A stretch of DNA of 63,937 bases, counting the filler, from Piptocephalis cylindrospora (taxonomy: Eukaryota), in assembly GCA_003614145.1 (NCBI GenBank). It is 4 parts of 4 records of this genome, joined end to end, with 100 filler letters (N's around TTAATTAATTAA, not from the genome) between each part and the next. Parts side by side here need not be neighbours in the genome. Positions count along the whole stretch, not along the records: positions 17,627 to 35,120 come from KZ987855.1; positions 35,221 to 52,679 come from KZ987856.1; 2 more parts are not named here. One strand, given 5' to 3'. The translations under genes were made by a program, and so were the position numbers. Position 1 is the first letter of the stretch. Every line of letters begins with the position of its first letter. The notes under the pieces were generated by a model, which saw only the letters and a list, made by a program, of their open reading frames with translations, ran no database searches and was not told where the DNA came from. Below, piece after piece: positions 26,249-38,901 of this stretch.

Positions 26249-27813
26249 TTACTCATGCTGCAGGGTGCGAAGGAAAGTCTCAGCTTCGAGGACCTCTAAG
26301 GCCTGGCGCATCTCGGCCCACTTACGCACTTGGTCAACCCAGTCCCGGGCAATTTGCCTGTGCCATCCGTCAAGCTGGTTGAGCTCACGGGCCGCCATCT
26401 CCACATTGATCCCACCCACTGGAGACATGTACTCCTCAGCCCGGGCCAGGATGGTCTCAGGATCCCCCTTGCCCCTCCCGTCCGTGGAAGAGGTCAGAAG
26501 GAGGAGGGGGGAAAGAACCCGGGAGACCAGATGGGCAAAAAAGCCTCCGTTCTCGGGGACGAGGATGGTCCGACGAATTTCCTTAGAGACATCAGTGAAC
26601 CGTCGGGTCAGAGAGTCAGCCGTGGGAAGGCCAGTATGGGCGGTAAGTGGATCCATGGTATCAAGAACAGCATGCATCACATCAACCTTCCCTGGGCCGT
26701 TTGATGGAGTAGGAATGGAGCGACGAAGGATATCCAGTTCCTCAGCAAAGGGGATCCCATCTCGAGTGGCCACTTCCTCCAGAGCATGTAAGGCGCGGGA
26801 GATGCGTGTAAGGGATAGAGCATCCGCCGAGGCCAAAGTGGATTCACGTACCCGATCCTGTAGGAGGATCAAAGCCTGCCGGGTCTCCTCGAGCCGAGCA
26901 AGTCTTCCCCCACGCTCCATCTCCACCCGCTGAGCTACATCCCTGGAGTAAGCACGATCCAGAGAGGCCTTTTGAGAGGCTAGGCGAGAGGATACTGCAT
27001 CATCATGCTCCCGCTGGAGTTTGGCCAATTCAGTAGCGTGGGCAGTAGAGAGAGACGCGGCCACCTCGGCAATCAAGGCATCCCGTTCCTTCATCAGCTT
27101 CATTTCATCCTCTGTCAGAGCGGCAGTCCTGGCCCGAAGCTCTCCTTCGAGCTGCATATGCGCCACAAGGACACGATCAAGCTCAGCAAGTGCCCGTTCC
27201 GCCACCTCCACCTCCTGCGCACCGGCCTTGGTAGGGTTGGCGGCAACTAGAGCCTGGATGGCCGAGTGGACCTTGGCCACAGCGGGGTCATTGGGAGAAG
27301 CAGGACCCGTAACTTTAAAGGAAGAAGGCTTGCTTGGGGTGGGAGGAGCGGGCGTATTTGTCGACACCGCCTCCTTGACCTCCTTGACCTCTCTGGAGGC
27401 CGTGGAGATGGAGGAGCGCACAGATTGGTCCGCCTCAGCGTACAAGGACCTAAAACGGGCGTATGTCGAGTCAATCACCGGGACAATGCCATACTGGGCC
27501 TGGAGGTAGTCTCGGAAGTCCTTATGGGTCAGACTGAGGTAGACTGTGGCCGAAGCCAGGGAAGATCCAAGGAACAGAGTGCTCCACAAAAGCTTATGTG
27601 ATTTTTTGGCTGGGGCGGGAACTTGACCTGGAATAGAGGCAAACGATTGACGGGACGACTAAACAACGATAGTTAGTTATGAGCAGTATGTTGTGATTAG
27701 CCTGTGTTTGAATATGTCTCCTCAAGGGCCACGATGGCACTTACCAGGGTCGCGGAACGAAGCGGGGAAGTGAGGACATGAGGCCGGGAGGCCCTCAACG
27801 CAGAGGCGTACAT
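26249..27813 (-). CDS. MIC60: MICOS subunit Mic60 (mitofilin)
   Basis: Presequence MYASALRASRP.., one intron, TM segment, coiled coil, VEMERGGRLARL, ILARAE, AARELNQLDGW..IARDWV. Confidence 0.92.
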
Positions 27814-28206
27814 GGCAACAAAGGGGTAGATGGGATGGGGAGAAGAAGAGGATAAGGGTAGGGAAGGGAGTAAGGGTCGGTGTATGGTTTTACGAAACGT
27901 ACAGCGTACCCAAAGCTCTTCACCGGTCTGTAGTGCCACAAGCAAGGCGCTGGAAGAATACTGCCGTAAGATGCGCCTGGACAAAAAAAGGCTTCTAAAA
28001 GAATAAATCGACAATTTGTTTACCAGATATTATCACCTTGTAGCCCAGTGTTTGGGAGAGAGGAAGGTGGGGCATAACCCTCCTAAGCCACTCTGCTTGG
28101 TCAAGTCCGTCATAATACTCTGATAAAGAGGCCAAGCGGAGGAGGAAAGGATTCGCTCTCGATCCTTTCCCACTCCAGTGCTCTCTTGCCCTTCCCATCC
28201 GAAAGC

Positions 28207-28734
28207 ATGACAGATATGACTAGCACAGACGTAGACTCGCCTCTCACCGTACGGCAATACGCTCTTCAGTCCACTGTGGACGGTGTGGTCACCGAGTTTC
28301 TTGCCATGGCTTTTTCTACCCACATCCTTCTCCTGATTAGTCAAACGGGCAAGATTGGGAGCATGGTATGTGTAGCGATTGACGGGCACTGTCTCCTCCC
28401 TCTTGGCCAACGTTCTGATCATTTTTCTTCTTTCCTTCAGTTCATAACTGCCACGGATGATTCAGGGAGTGGGGGAGTCACTGCACACGACTTACACCGT
28501 GCATCCCTATCCGGCCAGGTCCTGCTGCTGGGACGACAGGAAGGACCTCAGGGTCTTGTGTATGATATTCTCGTAGGAGAAGTGAGTGATACAGTGAAGC
28601 GAGCTGCAACACGGGAACAGCGCCCTCTTTTGCTTGGGCTGGCCCTAAAGCCTGTGGATCCTAGAGCAAGCGATGCTTTTCGCACTCTTACCACCACGAT
28701 CCTAGACGGGATTGAAGCATGTCGTGTATGGTAA
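28207..28734 (+). CDS. PSMG3: Proteasome assembly chaperone 3 (PAC3/PSMG3)
   Basis: VDGVVTEF..AFSTHILLLISQTGKIGSM, in-frame intron 28366-28440, VLLLGR, RPLLLGLALK, C-terminal CRVW. Confidence 0.85.
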   Translation: MTDMTSTDVDSPLTVRQYALQSTVDGVVTEFLAMAFSTHILLLISQTGKIGSMVCVAIDGHCLLPLGQRSDHFSSFLQFITATDDSGSGGVTAHDLHRASLSGQVLLLGRQEGPQGLVYDILVGEVSDTVKRAATREQRPLLLGLALKPVDPRASDAFRTLTTTILDGIEACRVW

Positions 28735-30006
28735 TGGACGAAGGATAAATTAGTTATTGGAAAGTAGGAGTATACATTGAAAGGACCAGTGCAGTTGCCG
28801 AGAATATATGAAGGTGGATACAGCGACCATTACTCTTGGATAAGAGCCTTGATCAGTAGCTCTGGTCACGTATATGCCGGCTAACTAGGTAGACGAGATG
28901 AGAAAATTCACCAGTCCGGCCTGATCTAGTCACAAAGATGACTGGATCTGGATTTTAAAGGAATGATCCTTTTTAATATGGTTAGGGATCTAATTGTTAG
29001 GAAGGGGTAAATGAGTAAAGCAATAGATTCAGACGTGAAGTGGCTTATAATCTTCAAATGTATTATTAGAATGTCCGCCTAAAGTCCAGGCTTTCCTCAT
29101 TTCGGCCTATATCCTCTGCCTGCGTTCTCCTACAGACATTATCCTCACACGACTACTACAGCGATTTTCAAACCATTGCTGTGGCAACCTAAATGATTCA
29201 ACCAAGTGAGTCAAGGGTCAAACAGAAACGCGAACCAAGGGAGGATCAAGATGAAAAAAGCAAGAGAGAAACGGAAGGACGAGTCCCAGAGTGGGAGTAC
29301 TCCCTCACTTTGTCGCCTTAAATACTTTCACAGATTCTTCCCTAGTCGGTGCACCTCTAGGATAGGTTTTCTCAAACATGTGTCCCGTGATTCAGAGCGT
29401 TCCTGGCTCAGATCATTTCTTGTACACGCGCTCAAAGTTATCTGGTGCTTCCTAGCAAGCACACGCCTACACACTTCACACTCATATCCTCCGGGAGAGC
29501 TTGCTCTTCCGATGCGCGCAGGAACTTATTGGCCCTCACAGGCTGCAAGGAAATGTCGGGCCTGGAGAGTATTTACTCAACGACGCACTCATAGATGGCT
29601 AACAACACTTAACAACATGCTATATGTTGCTCCTGTATCATCCTCAATCCCTACGCAATGGCTGGCAACCTGGAGTGAGCCACGCGTCAAGATTACCAAA
29701 CAAGGCCCCTTCCTGCCCTGTGGCCCCATTCTGACTGAGGGGCGGCTGGAATGATGGATGTGGCCCATTATTTCCTGAATACACTCCATATATCGCCCAT
29801 CGCTTTTTAAGCGTACTGGATGACATAGAGTGGAATTTCTGTAAGACTTAAATTAAATTAGTCTAGATATAGATATCCTATTGTTTTGTTGCCATCTATC
29901 TCCCAATCTCATAGCCTCTATATCGATTAACTATTCATCATTTATTCGAACACACGTCTTAATCATCCTAAGCGTTATTTGCTCATGTCTCCGCCATGAA
30001 ATGACA

Positions 30007-33000
30007 TCAACGACCCAGATGAGACCAGCGCACACGATATAACCTAGCCTGCTCCTGATTCACCTCGGTCCCAAGACCCTTCTCGTAAGCTTCGGCAAGC
30101 TTGGGAAGAGCCTTATCCATCCCCATGCCTAAAACTCGATGAAGTAGGCCCAGGGCCTCCTTGGGATCTTCCACAAGGTACGCCAGTTCATACATAGCCT
30201 CACCGTCCCGTAATTTAACCCAGTCTCGCAGAAGGGAGAGTATCATCTCTTTATCGCCCTCTTGATCGCGCTTCATTAAGGCACGTATGTAGATTCGTCG
30301 AGCCTGACGACAATTGTACCGTAGCGATTTTTCGAGTAAAAAAATGGCCCTGGCCAGGTCTTCATCCCAGTCTAGTAACTCCTCTGCGTACAAACACATC
30401 CCAATCGGTTCCTCTAGATTTGCTGCTCCCTCAAGATGTTCCTTAGACTTGGCAAGATTCACGTCAGTCCATTCGCCCTGGGAGTATGCTTCGTACAAGC
30501 AGAAATGGGCTTCACCGGAACCCCTCATCGAAGCCTTCTTCAACAGATCTAGCCCTGCCTCTACATCCCTTTTTATCCCTTCGCCCTTGATCATGCATCT
30601 CCCAAGGGATACTTGGGCTTCGAGATTTCCCAGCATATCATCACACCACCACTTGTACCAGAAAAAGGTAGCCAGGGTTTGTCTTCCGCTAGGGATCCCC
30701 GAAACTGAGCAATCCTGGAATACCTTGACAGCCCACTCCACATCCTTCTTGCATCCGTATCCTACAAGACGAAGACGTGCTAGAGCCACCCGACACATGT
30801 CGCTCCTCTTCTCAAATTCCTCATAGATTTCCACAGCCTGTACCCAACTCTTCCCCACTCCCAAACCCTCCTCGTAGAGACGTCCCTCCAGGAATGCACC
30901 CCTTCCGTAGTCGTGTGTCCGGGCAAAGTTGGATTCCTTCAACGCTACAGCGCCATCTCTCTCCGTGTCGACAGTGCGGCTATGGAGGAAGGCCAATGCG
31001 ATGCTTCCCTGATAGGTTTCATGACCTTTGCTCTCAAGCAAAAGGTCCATTCCCCGCTTCACATCTTGCTCTTTGCCCTCCCCGGTAATGTAGCAGTAGG
31101 CTAAAGATTCCCGGATTTGGGTCTCCTCTCCCATCTCTACCATTTCCCACTGTTTTACAGCCTCCTCTCGATCTTGAGGAACCCCGAGACCCCAGTAGTA
31201 TATGCAACCTAAGTAATAGCGAAGCTTGGGATCAAAGCTCAGAAGTTCCCTTTCCTCATAAAGCGACTCCATGGCCCATTCGGTCCTTTTAGGTAGATGG
31301 TGAAGGTCCGGGTGATCTTTTAAAGTCATACAGTATTCGTAAGCTTTGGCATAGTCGGATTGCCGCTCCTCCTCATCGCTTGTATCGTACCGAAGGAGTG
31401 AGGTGATCAGATCATCATAGCATCGAAGATGGCCTGCATCCAGACAGGTCTCCCCGTTAAGCATCATATTTTTCCGGTTGTTGCGGTGACGATTGATAAG
31501 CATCAGGCCATAGTAACCAAGGATGGAACCAGCGTCAACAGCTTCTTGAAAAAGCTCTTCGGCTCTCCCCTCATCCAAATCGCACCCAGCTGCTGTCCAA
31601 AAGAGGTAAGCATATTTGGCCTTGGCCGGGAGAAAACCAAGTGAGTCTGCTCTACCTAAGCACTTGGTCCGCAGTACGGCCGAGGACCTCGAGTTATCCT
31701 CCCACCTACTGGCAATTCCGTAATAGGTAAGGGCCTTTGGGTCATTCTGGATGGCTGCACGAAGAAACCAGAGGCAGTAGAGGAGTCGATTCTCCTCCAG
31801 TCCTCGGTCCCCATCCATGTAGGCCTCTCCTAGCCATAGCATGGATGGAACATCCCCGGCAAAGGCTTTTTCATACTTCTCCCCAATTTCTGTGCCCCTG
31901 TGCTTCTTGTATTCCTTCTGGAGGGCCTTAGTCTCCTGGGAAAGTATCACAGTATCCTTGATATCACCCTCGTTTCCCAATTCAACCAAAGCTCTGGATA
32001 TATCGCAAATGACTAGGTCAGGGTTTGTCTCCAAGACTTTGGATCTCCATTCGGTCCAGCGATCAAACCAGTCATGGATTTCCTCCTCAATTGCAGCATT
32101 TTCTTCCTAAATATTTTATATGAGGGAAGGAATTGGTGAGGGATGTCTTGATCTCTCGGTAATTGATAGTTCCTGAGCATATCCCTAAAATCATTGCTTA
32201 CACAGGAGACTTACATCGCCGGGATAAAGGATAAAGGAGGCGCATTTTGCGGACAGCTGAGTGATTTCTTCGTTAAGATAAACCAGCATACGGAGCTCCT
32301 CCTCTTCGTCGTCAGCGGGGCCGTTGTACCCGATCATATCCATGACTTCAAGGACACGAAGACGGATTGAGTTTTCAACATTGTTCAACGGTTTCAGAAC
32401 ATTAAGAGCGCTTTTCATGCAGTTGGTCATGATTTCTAGGTTGGACTCGTAACACAAATAGTACACTGGTCTTCCCTTCAAATAATTGTTGAAATTCTGA
32501 CTAGCCTGCCGGATCCTAGGAATAATAAAGGCAGATTAGTATTTTATGTGGACAATATGCAGTAGCATCATACCTTTACTCACATGTAGATACGAGATTG
32601 ACTCTTGAGATGAATCTGATGAAGAATCCAGCTTCCAAGCTGACACTTAGACGCCATCTTGGGAAAGGCCTGGTTGATCCTTTCGATGGTTACAGGGTCT
32701 CCTGTTGCAATAGAGTCCTCTTCCGATGAAGAAGGCAAAAACTCATCCATAAACTCATCCAGGACTTTGAGAGCAGTTATGTCAACAGCAAGGTAGTGCT
32801 TTAACGACTCTACCAAGATGTTACGCGAGATCTGACGGCCCCATCCATTGGTGCCCCAAATCCTACGCAGTCCGCGATGACGAACGTACCGGGAGAAGTT
32901 AATGAAGATACTGTCATCCTCCTCAGGAATCGGGACGGTTCCTGCCCCATCATCTTCATCCTCATCCGTATCAATATCTTCAATGGCTAGGCGTTCCTTG

Positions 33001-34387
33001 AGTAGATCGCTGACCACCCGGGTATCCAGAGTAGATCGGACATACGACTTTTTCTATATGGTATCATGAAAGAAGTGGAGGAAGGAGGGATTATTAGGGA
33101 TCCTAGATCCGTTACCATGAAGCAAGCAGCATACCTGAAGAGCTTTTAGGGTCAAGCGTCTGCCGGGATCTTTCCGCAAGAGCAACACCACCAAATTATA
33201 CACAGGTAGTTGGGTAAAGGTGGAGGAAGAAATGGAGAACTCCGAATCCTGACATAGCATATGTGCCATGACCGCATCAGTGGCTTCTTCTTTTCCCCAG
33301 ATAGGGGTACTGGCTGCCATCCAATGGATGATTTGGCCGCAGGAGAACATGTCCAGGGCATGAGTAGCCATCAGGGTCTTCCCAGCTCTGGTAGCATGAA
33401 GCACCTCGGGGGCACAGTAGTCCAAGGTAAGACCTCTTACAGGTTGGCCAACCCTGTAAGGAGGCGGCTATGATGAGCGGTATGGATGGCTGGATATCCA
33501 ATTCAGAAGAGTACGCACTTGCAAGCACAATCAAAATCAATAAGCTTCCATATCCCTTGCTCTCGGCCTGGGCAGGCAAATTGCATGATATTGCCTGGCT
33601 TGAGATCACAGTGTACTGAAGTAAATGGAAAGGATGAGTGATGATCGGTCATCTAGTGTGAATGAGTTCAAAACCAGTGAAGAGAAGACAAAGTAGTGTA
33701 TCCGACGATCCAGTCACTTACCTAATCCAGCAGCATACATGGACTCCAAGCCCCCGAGAATATCCTAAGAGCAAGGGAGTATAGAGTAATAATGATAGTG
33801 TAAAGTGTAAGATCCCGTATACTAAAAACGTCACTCATATGTTCTCTTCTTCTTACCAAAAGGATGGGCTTGAGGTAGACTTCGGAAACAGGACGCTTTC
33901 CATGGGCCCAATGTTGAAGACTCACAATTCCCAGCTCAAGGATGATGACCGACTGTGGAAACCACTCATCTTCCTCTTCCGCCTCAAAGTAATCAATCAG
34001 ACTAATGACATTCTTCACAGTGGTGATTGGTTAATGAAAGTACGGGATGATGAGTATGAGGTAGATAGGCCTCATTACTTCACGGAATCAATTGCCTACT
34101 CTGGATTCCGCCTCTTGAAGGGCAAGAAGGGAAGTGACTTCATGCTGATAACTAGTCGGCTGGGCAAAGAATTTGACAATGACATCCCTACCAACGCTGT
34201 TGGTGGCCGTCCTGAGGGTCGACATGCCCCCTTTGAACACCCCATCACCCAGGGTATACTCGTCAATCTCAGTGCCAGCGGCTGTTGGAATGGCTTAATG
34301 ATGGTATTATGGCTGAGGAAGAAGAGAAAACGATTAGAATTTACCTAGGTCGACTGGCTCAGTGCCTTGCGTCTCGGCAGCAGTCAT
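30007..34387 (-). CDS. Protein kinase - unknown linker - Sel1-like repeat protein, multi-exon (roughly 1,200 aa)
   Basis: Exons join in frame through canonical sites: MTAAETQGTEPVDL/AAGTEIDEYTLGDGVFKGGMSTL, VIVKFF, HE, VHCDLKPGN, WKLIDFD, TLDYCAPE, DMFSCG; the last exon has many SLR motifs (LGCIYYWGLGVPQDREEAVKQW, LAYCYITGEGKEQD, LAEAYEKGLGTEVNQEQA). Confidence 0.85.
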
Positions 34388-35120
34388 GGTGCCTTTAAGA
34401 TGGGTTTTAAAAAAAGGAGAGGGGAAGAGGAGATAGTGGATAAAAGGGGAGAAGGAGAATGGATAATGATGAGGCGTCTAAAGTGCAAGAAAGAGGTAGA
34501 AAGGGTAGAGCCTTTGTCTAGGTCGCCGTACCAGGATGGACGACTTCACCTAACTGAATGGGCGGAGTTGACGCGTCTGATCGCCTTCGCAAGCAAAGCG
34601 GAGACGGCTTTGGATTCTATGAGGGCTGAATCCAGTGTGTTGACGAATCCTAGCCGTAGTACCCAGGTCCTTGTGGGTAACCCAGCCTAAATAGTCCAAC
34701 CAAGTGTTTCAAGGATCAAATAGAGGTGCGAACCAAGAGAGGAGTAAGGTGAGAAAAAGGAAAATAGGAAAGGACGAATCTTAGAGCGGGAGATACCCCT
34801 TTTTCTCATTGCCTTAAAATACTTCCCAGATTCGTCCCTGATCGGTGTGTTTCTAACATAGGCTTTCTCAAGCATGTATCATGTGATCTGAGCGCGTCTA
34901 GCTCAGATCATCTCCTGTACGCGCGTTCTAAGCTACTATCTGATATCCCCTTACAAACACACATACGCACATACACACATACACACATACCCCTACCCAT
35001 TTTCACACCATAAACCCTCCGGAAAAACTTGCTCTTCCAATGTATGGATACCAATTGCTCCTACAGCCTCCCTTCTTACTGATACGCTCTACTTCGACGG
35101 ATATATTCTGCTCTCATCTC

Positions 35121-35220
35121 NNNNNNNNNNNNNNNNNNNNNNNNNNNNNNNNNNNNNNNNNNNNTTAATTAATTAANNNNNNNNNNNNNNNNNNNNNNNN
35201 NNNNNNNNNNNNNNNNNNNN
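35121..35220. other. Artificial contig linker N44-TTAATTAATTAA-N44
   Basis: Same spacer as at 17527. Confidence 0.97.
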
Positions 35221-36338
35221 GGAGACGGGGGTGCCAGGATACGTATTCATGACAATAACACCCATTTCCCACATCTTTTCCCTATCCATCTAGGCTGTCT
35301 TACCACTGTATCTACCATGATATCAGAAATCCATCTCCTCTCGGGATGTCAAGCCGCCCGATATCTTGGACTCTCCATCCTTGTTTCCCAAGCATACCTG
35401 GCCTCCGTGGTTGGAACCTTGCATTGGTCTCATGTCCTACGGGCGGATAAAGGGTGTTCCATCTAAGAAAGTATTCAAAGGACTCTACCGGCGGTATTGC
35501 ATATTTTTAGCGCATACTTTCACATTTCAGGCAACGATGAATGTATTCGCTATGGAAGCGTTTCAGAGAAAACCGCAAGTATTTGGGCATTCCCCTCAAG
35601 ACACTCCCAGGGACCATATATGTAAAGGTACAAGTAGCATTTCCCTTCACACTCCCTCCCCTCCTCCCCTGTCGATGATTCCTAGTCTTCGCTATAGGCC
35701 ATGACAACTCCACCAAGGCAAAAGCACTTCCCATCCTCCAATTCCCCCTCGATTCGAGACACTGCCTCAGCATTCCACGTTCCGATTGGCCCTCATGACA
35801 AGGGTGAAAAGAGGGACTGATCACTCAAATGCCCGTCTTACTCCTCTCATTAACAGCATTTAGCTGATTGGATGCCAACTCGGCAAGGAGTTTCTCCTTC
35901 TTCCAAGCCCTTTCACATTATCTCATCGGATGAGCACACCCGTTCACTCTAGGGCTATGGGTTTCTCGTGTGAACTCCGCTTCCTGTCCTATCCTCTCGT
36001 CGAATGGGAAGGGGGATTTCCCATACTATTGGTTAGGGTTTGGGTGCACCCATTTCCCGTGTCTGCTCCGCCTTCCTCGACTCCTATTCAATGGACCCTC
36101 ACGGACAGGGGCTGAGATAAACGGGAAGGAGGCACAGATGGGCTCTTGATGCCTTCCATCCACCCATCCCGCATTCAACGCCACCAGAGTACCATTGCCG
36201 TGCTTTAAAGGCAGGTCAGCTTGGTAGAATTGAAAAATGTCCGTAGTGATATGCTCTTCCTTTCTCCTCACTCTTCAAGCCTTCCCTCGCCCTCCCTTCT
36301 GCAATAACACCCATCTCTTCCACTTCATACCATCTACC

Positions 36339-37512
36339 ATGGGTAATATTAAGAGCAAGCGGCCTGTAAGTGGGATCTTCCAGCGTAAGCGCTCGCAAAG
36401 CCCACAGACCGATAAGGCGATTGCCTCTAAGGGCACCGCTAGCAATAAGACACCCACCAGCTGTGGAACCAGTAAGTCCAACCGCCCTTTCACCGCGGAA
36501 GAGGCTCCTTATGTCCTACCAGCGGACCTTTCCGAGGTCGATCGGTAAGCCCCAGTGAGCCCGAGCTTGGGGTGTCGTGGTGGCTCAGACTCATCCTTCC
36601 TTTCCAGTCTCACCCAGCAGCATTATATGTTCCGTGCCCTTCTCGGCTCCCTTCATCTTGCTCCATTCCGCAAGAAGCTGAACAAGGCCTTGGATGTCGG
36701 CACTGGCACTGGCATTTGGTGTATGGTAAGTCTTCCCATGCCCCTAGTTCTGCTCATCCTCCTCCTCGACACTAACCATTAGTATCAATGAATTGATGAC
36801 CCTATAGGAAATGGCTGAAAAGCACACAGATTGTCAGATTGTCGGTGTGGATATCGCTACCATTCAGCCCTCCACAGTCGTCCCCTCCAACTGTACCTTC
36901 CAGGTCGTCAATGCCCTTGAGGGCCTCCCAGAGTTCCAGGACAATACTTTTGACTTTGTCTTCCAACGTGCCATGCTCGGTTCCTACCAGGATGAGCAAT
37001 GGCCCGTCCAGGTCGCCATGTACAAGCGTTTGTGTCGTCCGGGTGGCACAGTGGAAATGATGGAGTTTGATGGGCATCTCAAGGGTTTTGGCGAACATGG
37101 GAAGCGTCTGAATGATTTGACCGAAAAGATGTGTCTAGCTCGTGGTATGAACACCTACAATGCCATCCGTGGCAAGGAGTATCTGGAGAAGGAAGGCTTT
37201 ACTGATGTGCACGAGGTCATCAAGCGTCTGAACTTTGGTAGCCGCCATGGGAATATGGGCACCCTGGCCGTTCAAGACTTTGAAGACCTCTACAAGGGCC
37301 TCGGTGTTCTTATGGTTCAGTTTAACTTTATTGGCGAGGAGGAACTAAAGCAGTTGATTATTGACTGGAAGGCTGAAGTGGAAATGGAAGAGAACGAGAC
37401 GTACATCGATCTATATGTCATGTACGGCACCAAGGCCGGCGAAGAGGAAGAGTCCGTCGAGGCCGCCCCCCTCGCCGACCCTGTTCCCCCTCCCTCCTCC
37501 TCCTCCAATTAG
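36339..37512 (+). CDS. Class I SAM-dependent methyltransferase, LaeA-like family, 3 exons
   Basis: YVLPADLSEVDRLTQQHY, ALDVGTGTGIWCMEMA, VGVDI, PSNCTF, GLPEFQDNTFDFVFQR, RPGGTVEMME. Confidence 0.9.
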
Positions 37513-38002
37513 TACTATCTGATGGGAGGTTATAGTAACGCGGAGTAATTGAGCAATTGATTATTATTTTCCCCTTTTTTTCCTCTCTGGTTAGATTTCT
37601 TTATCCTTTGTGTGCTTGTCTCCAAGTATTTCCCTACATCCCTTTGACTTCCATCTTTGGACCTTTCTTCTCCCGGCTCCTCAAGATACTGGCGCTCTCT
37701 ATGGGCCTTTTTTCCCTGACTCTGACCTCCTCCTCGGTGTGTGTTTGTGATATGGTCCACGCTGTGGATTCCCCAAAAATGGGGTGATTCCGGTGGGCCA
37801 CTGTGCCAGATTGCAATACATTATATACCTCTCTTTATCCTTTGTGTGTTCATCACCATAAATATCAGCTTGTTTTTAGGAATTCGATTATTTAAAGTAC
37901 CGTCAAATATAGAATCCTTATCCCAAATACGTGCTTTTGTATTTAAATGAAATGTCATTCTTTTTTCGCTGCTAGCCGTTTTATACTGATGACCGATTGC
38001 CT

Positions 38003-38582
38003 TACAATGTATCGTGAAAGTACACCAGTATTTACACCATCATGGACCGTTTTCTTCGTCATTCTTCTTCTGAGAAATCATTCTTCATGAAATAAAGTAC
38101 ATTAGAAGCGCAAGGACAACACGATCAGGGATAGCTTTAAATGTTTTAAATGGAAAAATAAATTATTCCAGGAATTAAATCTTCGTAAAACAAATTGTGT
38201 CGGCACGGTAGTGAGACAGGATTAGCTTGAAATCCATTTTTCTTAATCTCAGTACTATAAAAACTAACATAGTAGGAATTAAGCTATAAGAATACTATTT
38301 TAAGAACCGGGGCCCTTTATTACCTCCCATATCATGATCTGCATTATCTCACTCAACCATGAAAGCCATGCCAAAACTGTGTCAAGGTCATTTATTTCAC
38401 AATTATTTAATTCCTGGAGTTATTTATTTTTCAATCTAAATTTACTTTAGTTCCTGTTGATTTTATTGTCCCCGCGCTTATAATATACTTTGTTTCATGA
38501 AGAATGATTTCCCAGGAGAAGAATAATGAAGAGAAGGGCCCATGAAGGTAGAGATATCGGCACGCTTTTACGAGGCTGTGTA
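38003..38582. mobile_element. AT-rich foldback / MITE-like element with long imperfect terminal inverted repeats and TA flanks
   Basis: 38012-38180 is the imperfect reverse complement of 38405-38573 (shared blocks GAAATCATTCTTCATGAAA, GAAAAATAAAT, TCCAGGAATTAAAT). Both ends read TACA-N5-TCGT(G/A)AAAG. No ORF. Confidence 0.75.
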
Positions 38583-38808
38583 TTTTTCTGGCTTTCACTC
38601 GGTAAGATTCGCCGATGCGAACGTTGCGCTCAAAAGAGTGAGGTTGGTGATGACAGAAAGTACGATGGGAGTGAGCTATGAGGGGCAACGAGGTGCCTAG
38701 TGTCAATTGTAACAGTATTTCTAGTAAATTACGTGGTTATCTTTCACGTGACTCTCTCATACAATTCCTTTCATCATTTCGAAAGGAGCTAAATCAAAGA
38801 TAGACTAT

Positions 38809-38881
38809 CGTGTTTCACACAAGGGTTTGGGAAAAAGTATATGTGAGTAAAATGGTGAAACTGATTTCGATCCATCCTGTA
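38809..38881 (+). repeat. Diverged direct repeat, copy A (partner 43541-43612)
   Basis: Manual alignment: about 58 of 73 positions identical. Confidence 0.8.
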
Positions 38882-38901
38882 CCCAGCCCATTTATCCAGA
38901 T

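Noticed and set aside
33433..33464. Near-perfect palindrome CTTACAGGTTGGCCAACCCTGTAAG over a kinase splice acceptor
   Set aside because: Single short instance, half of it coding; could be chance, and nothing else supports a function.
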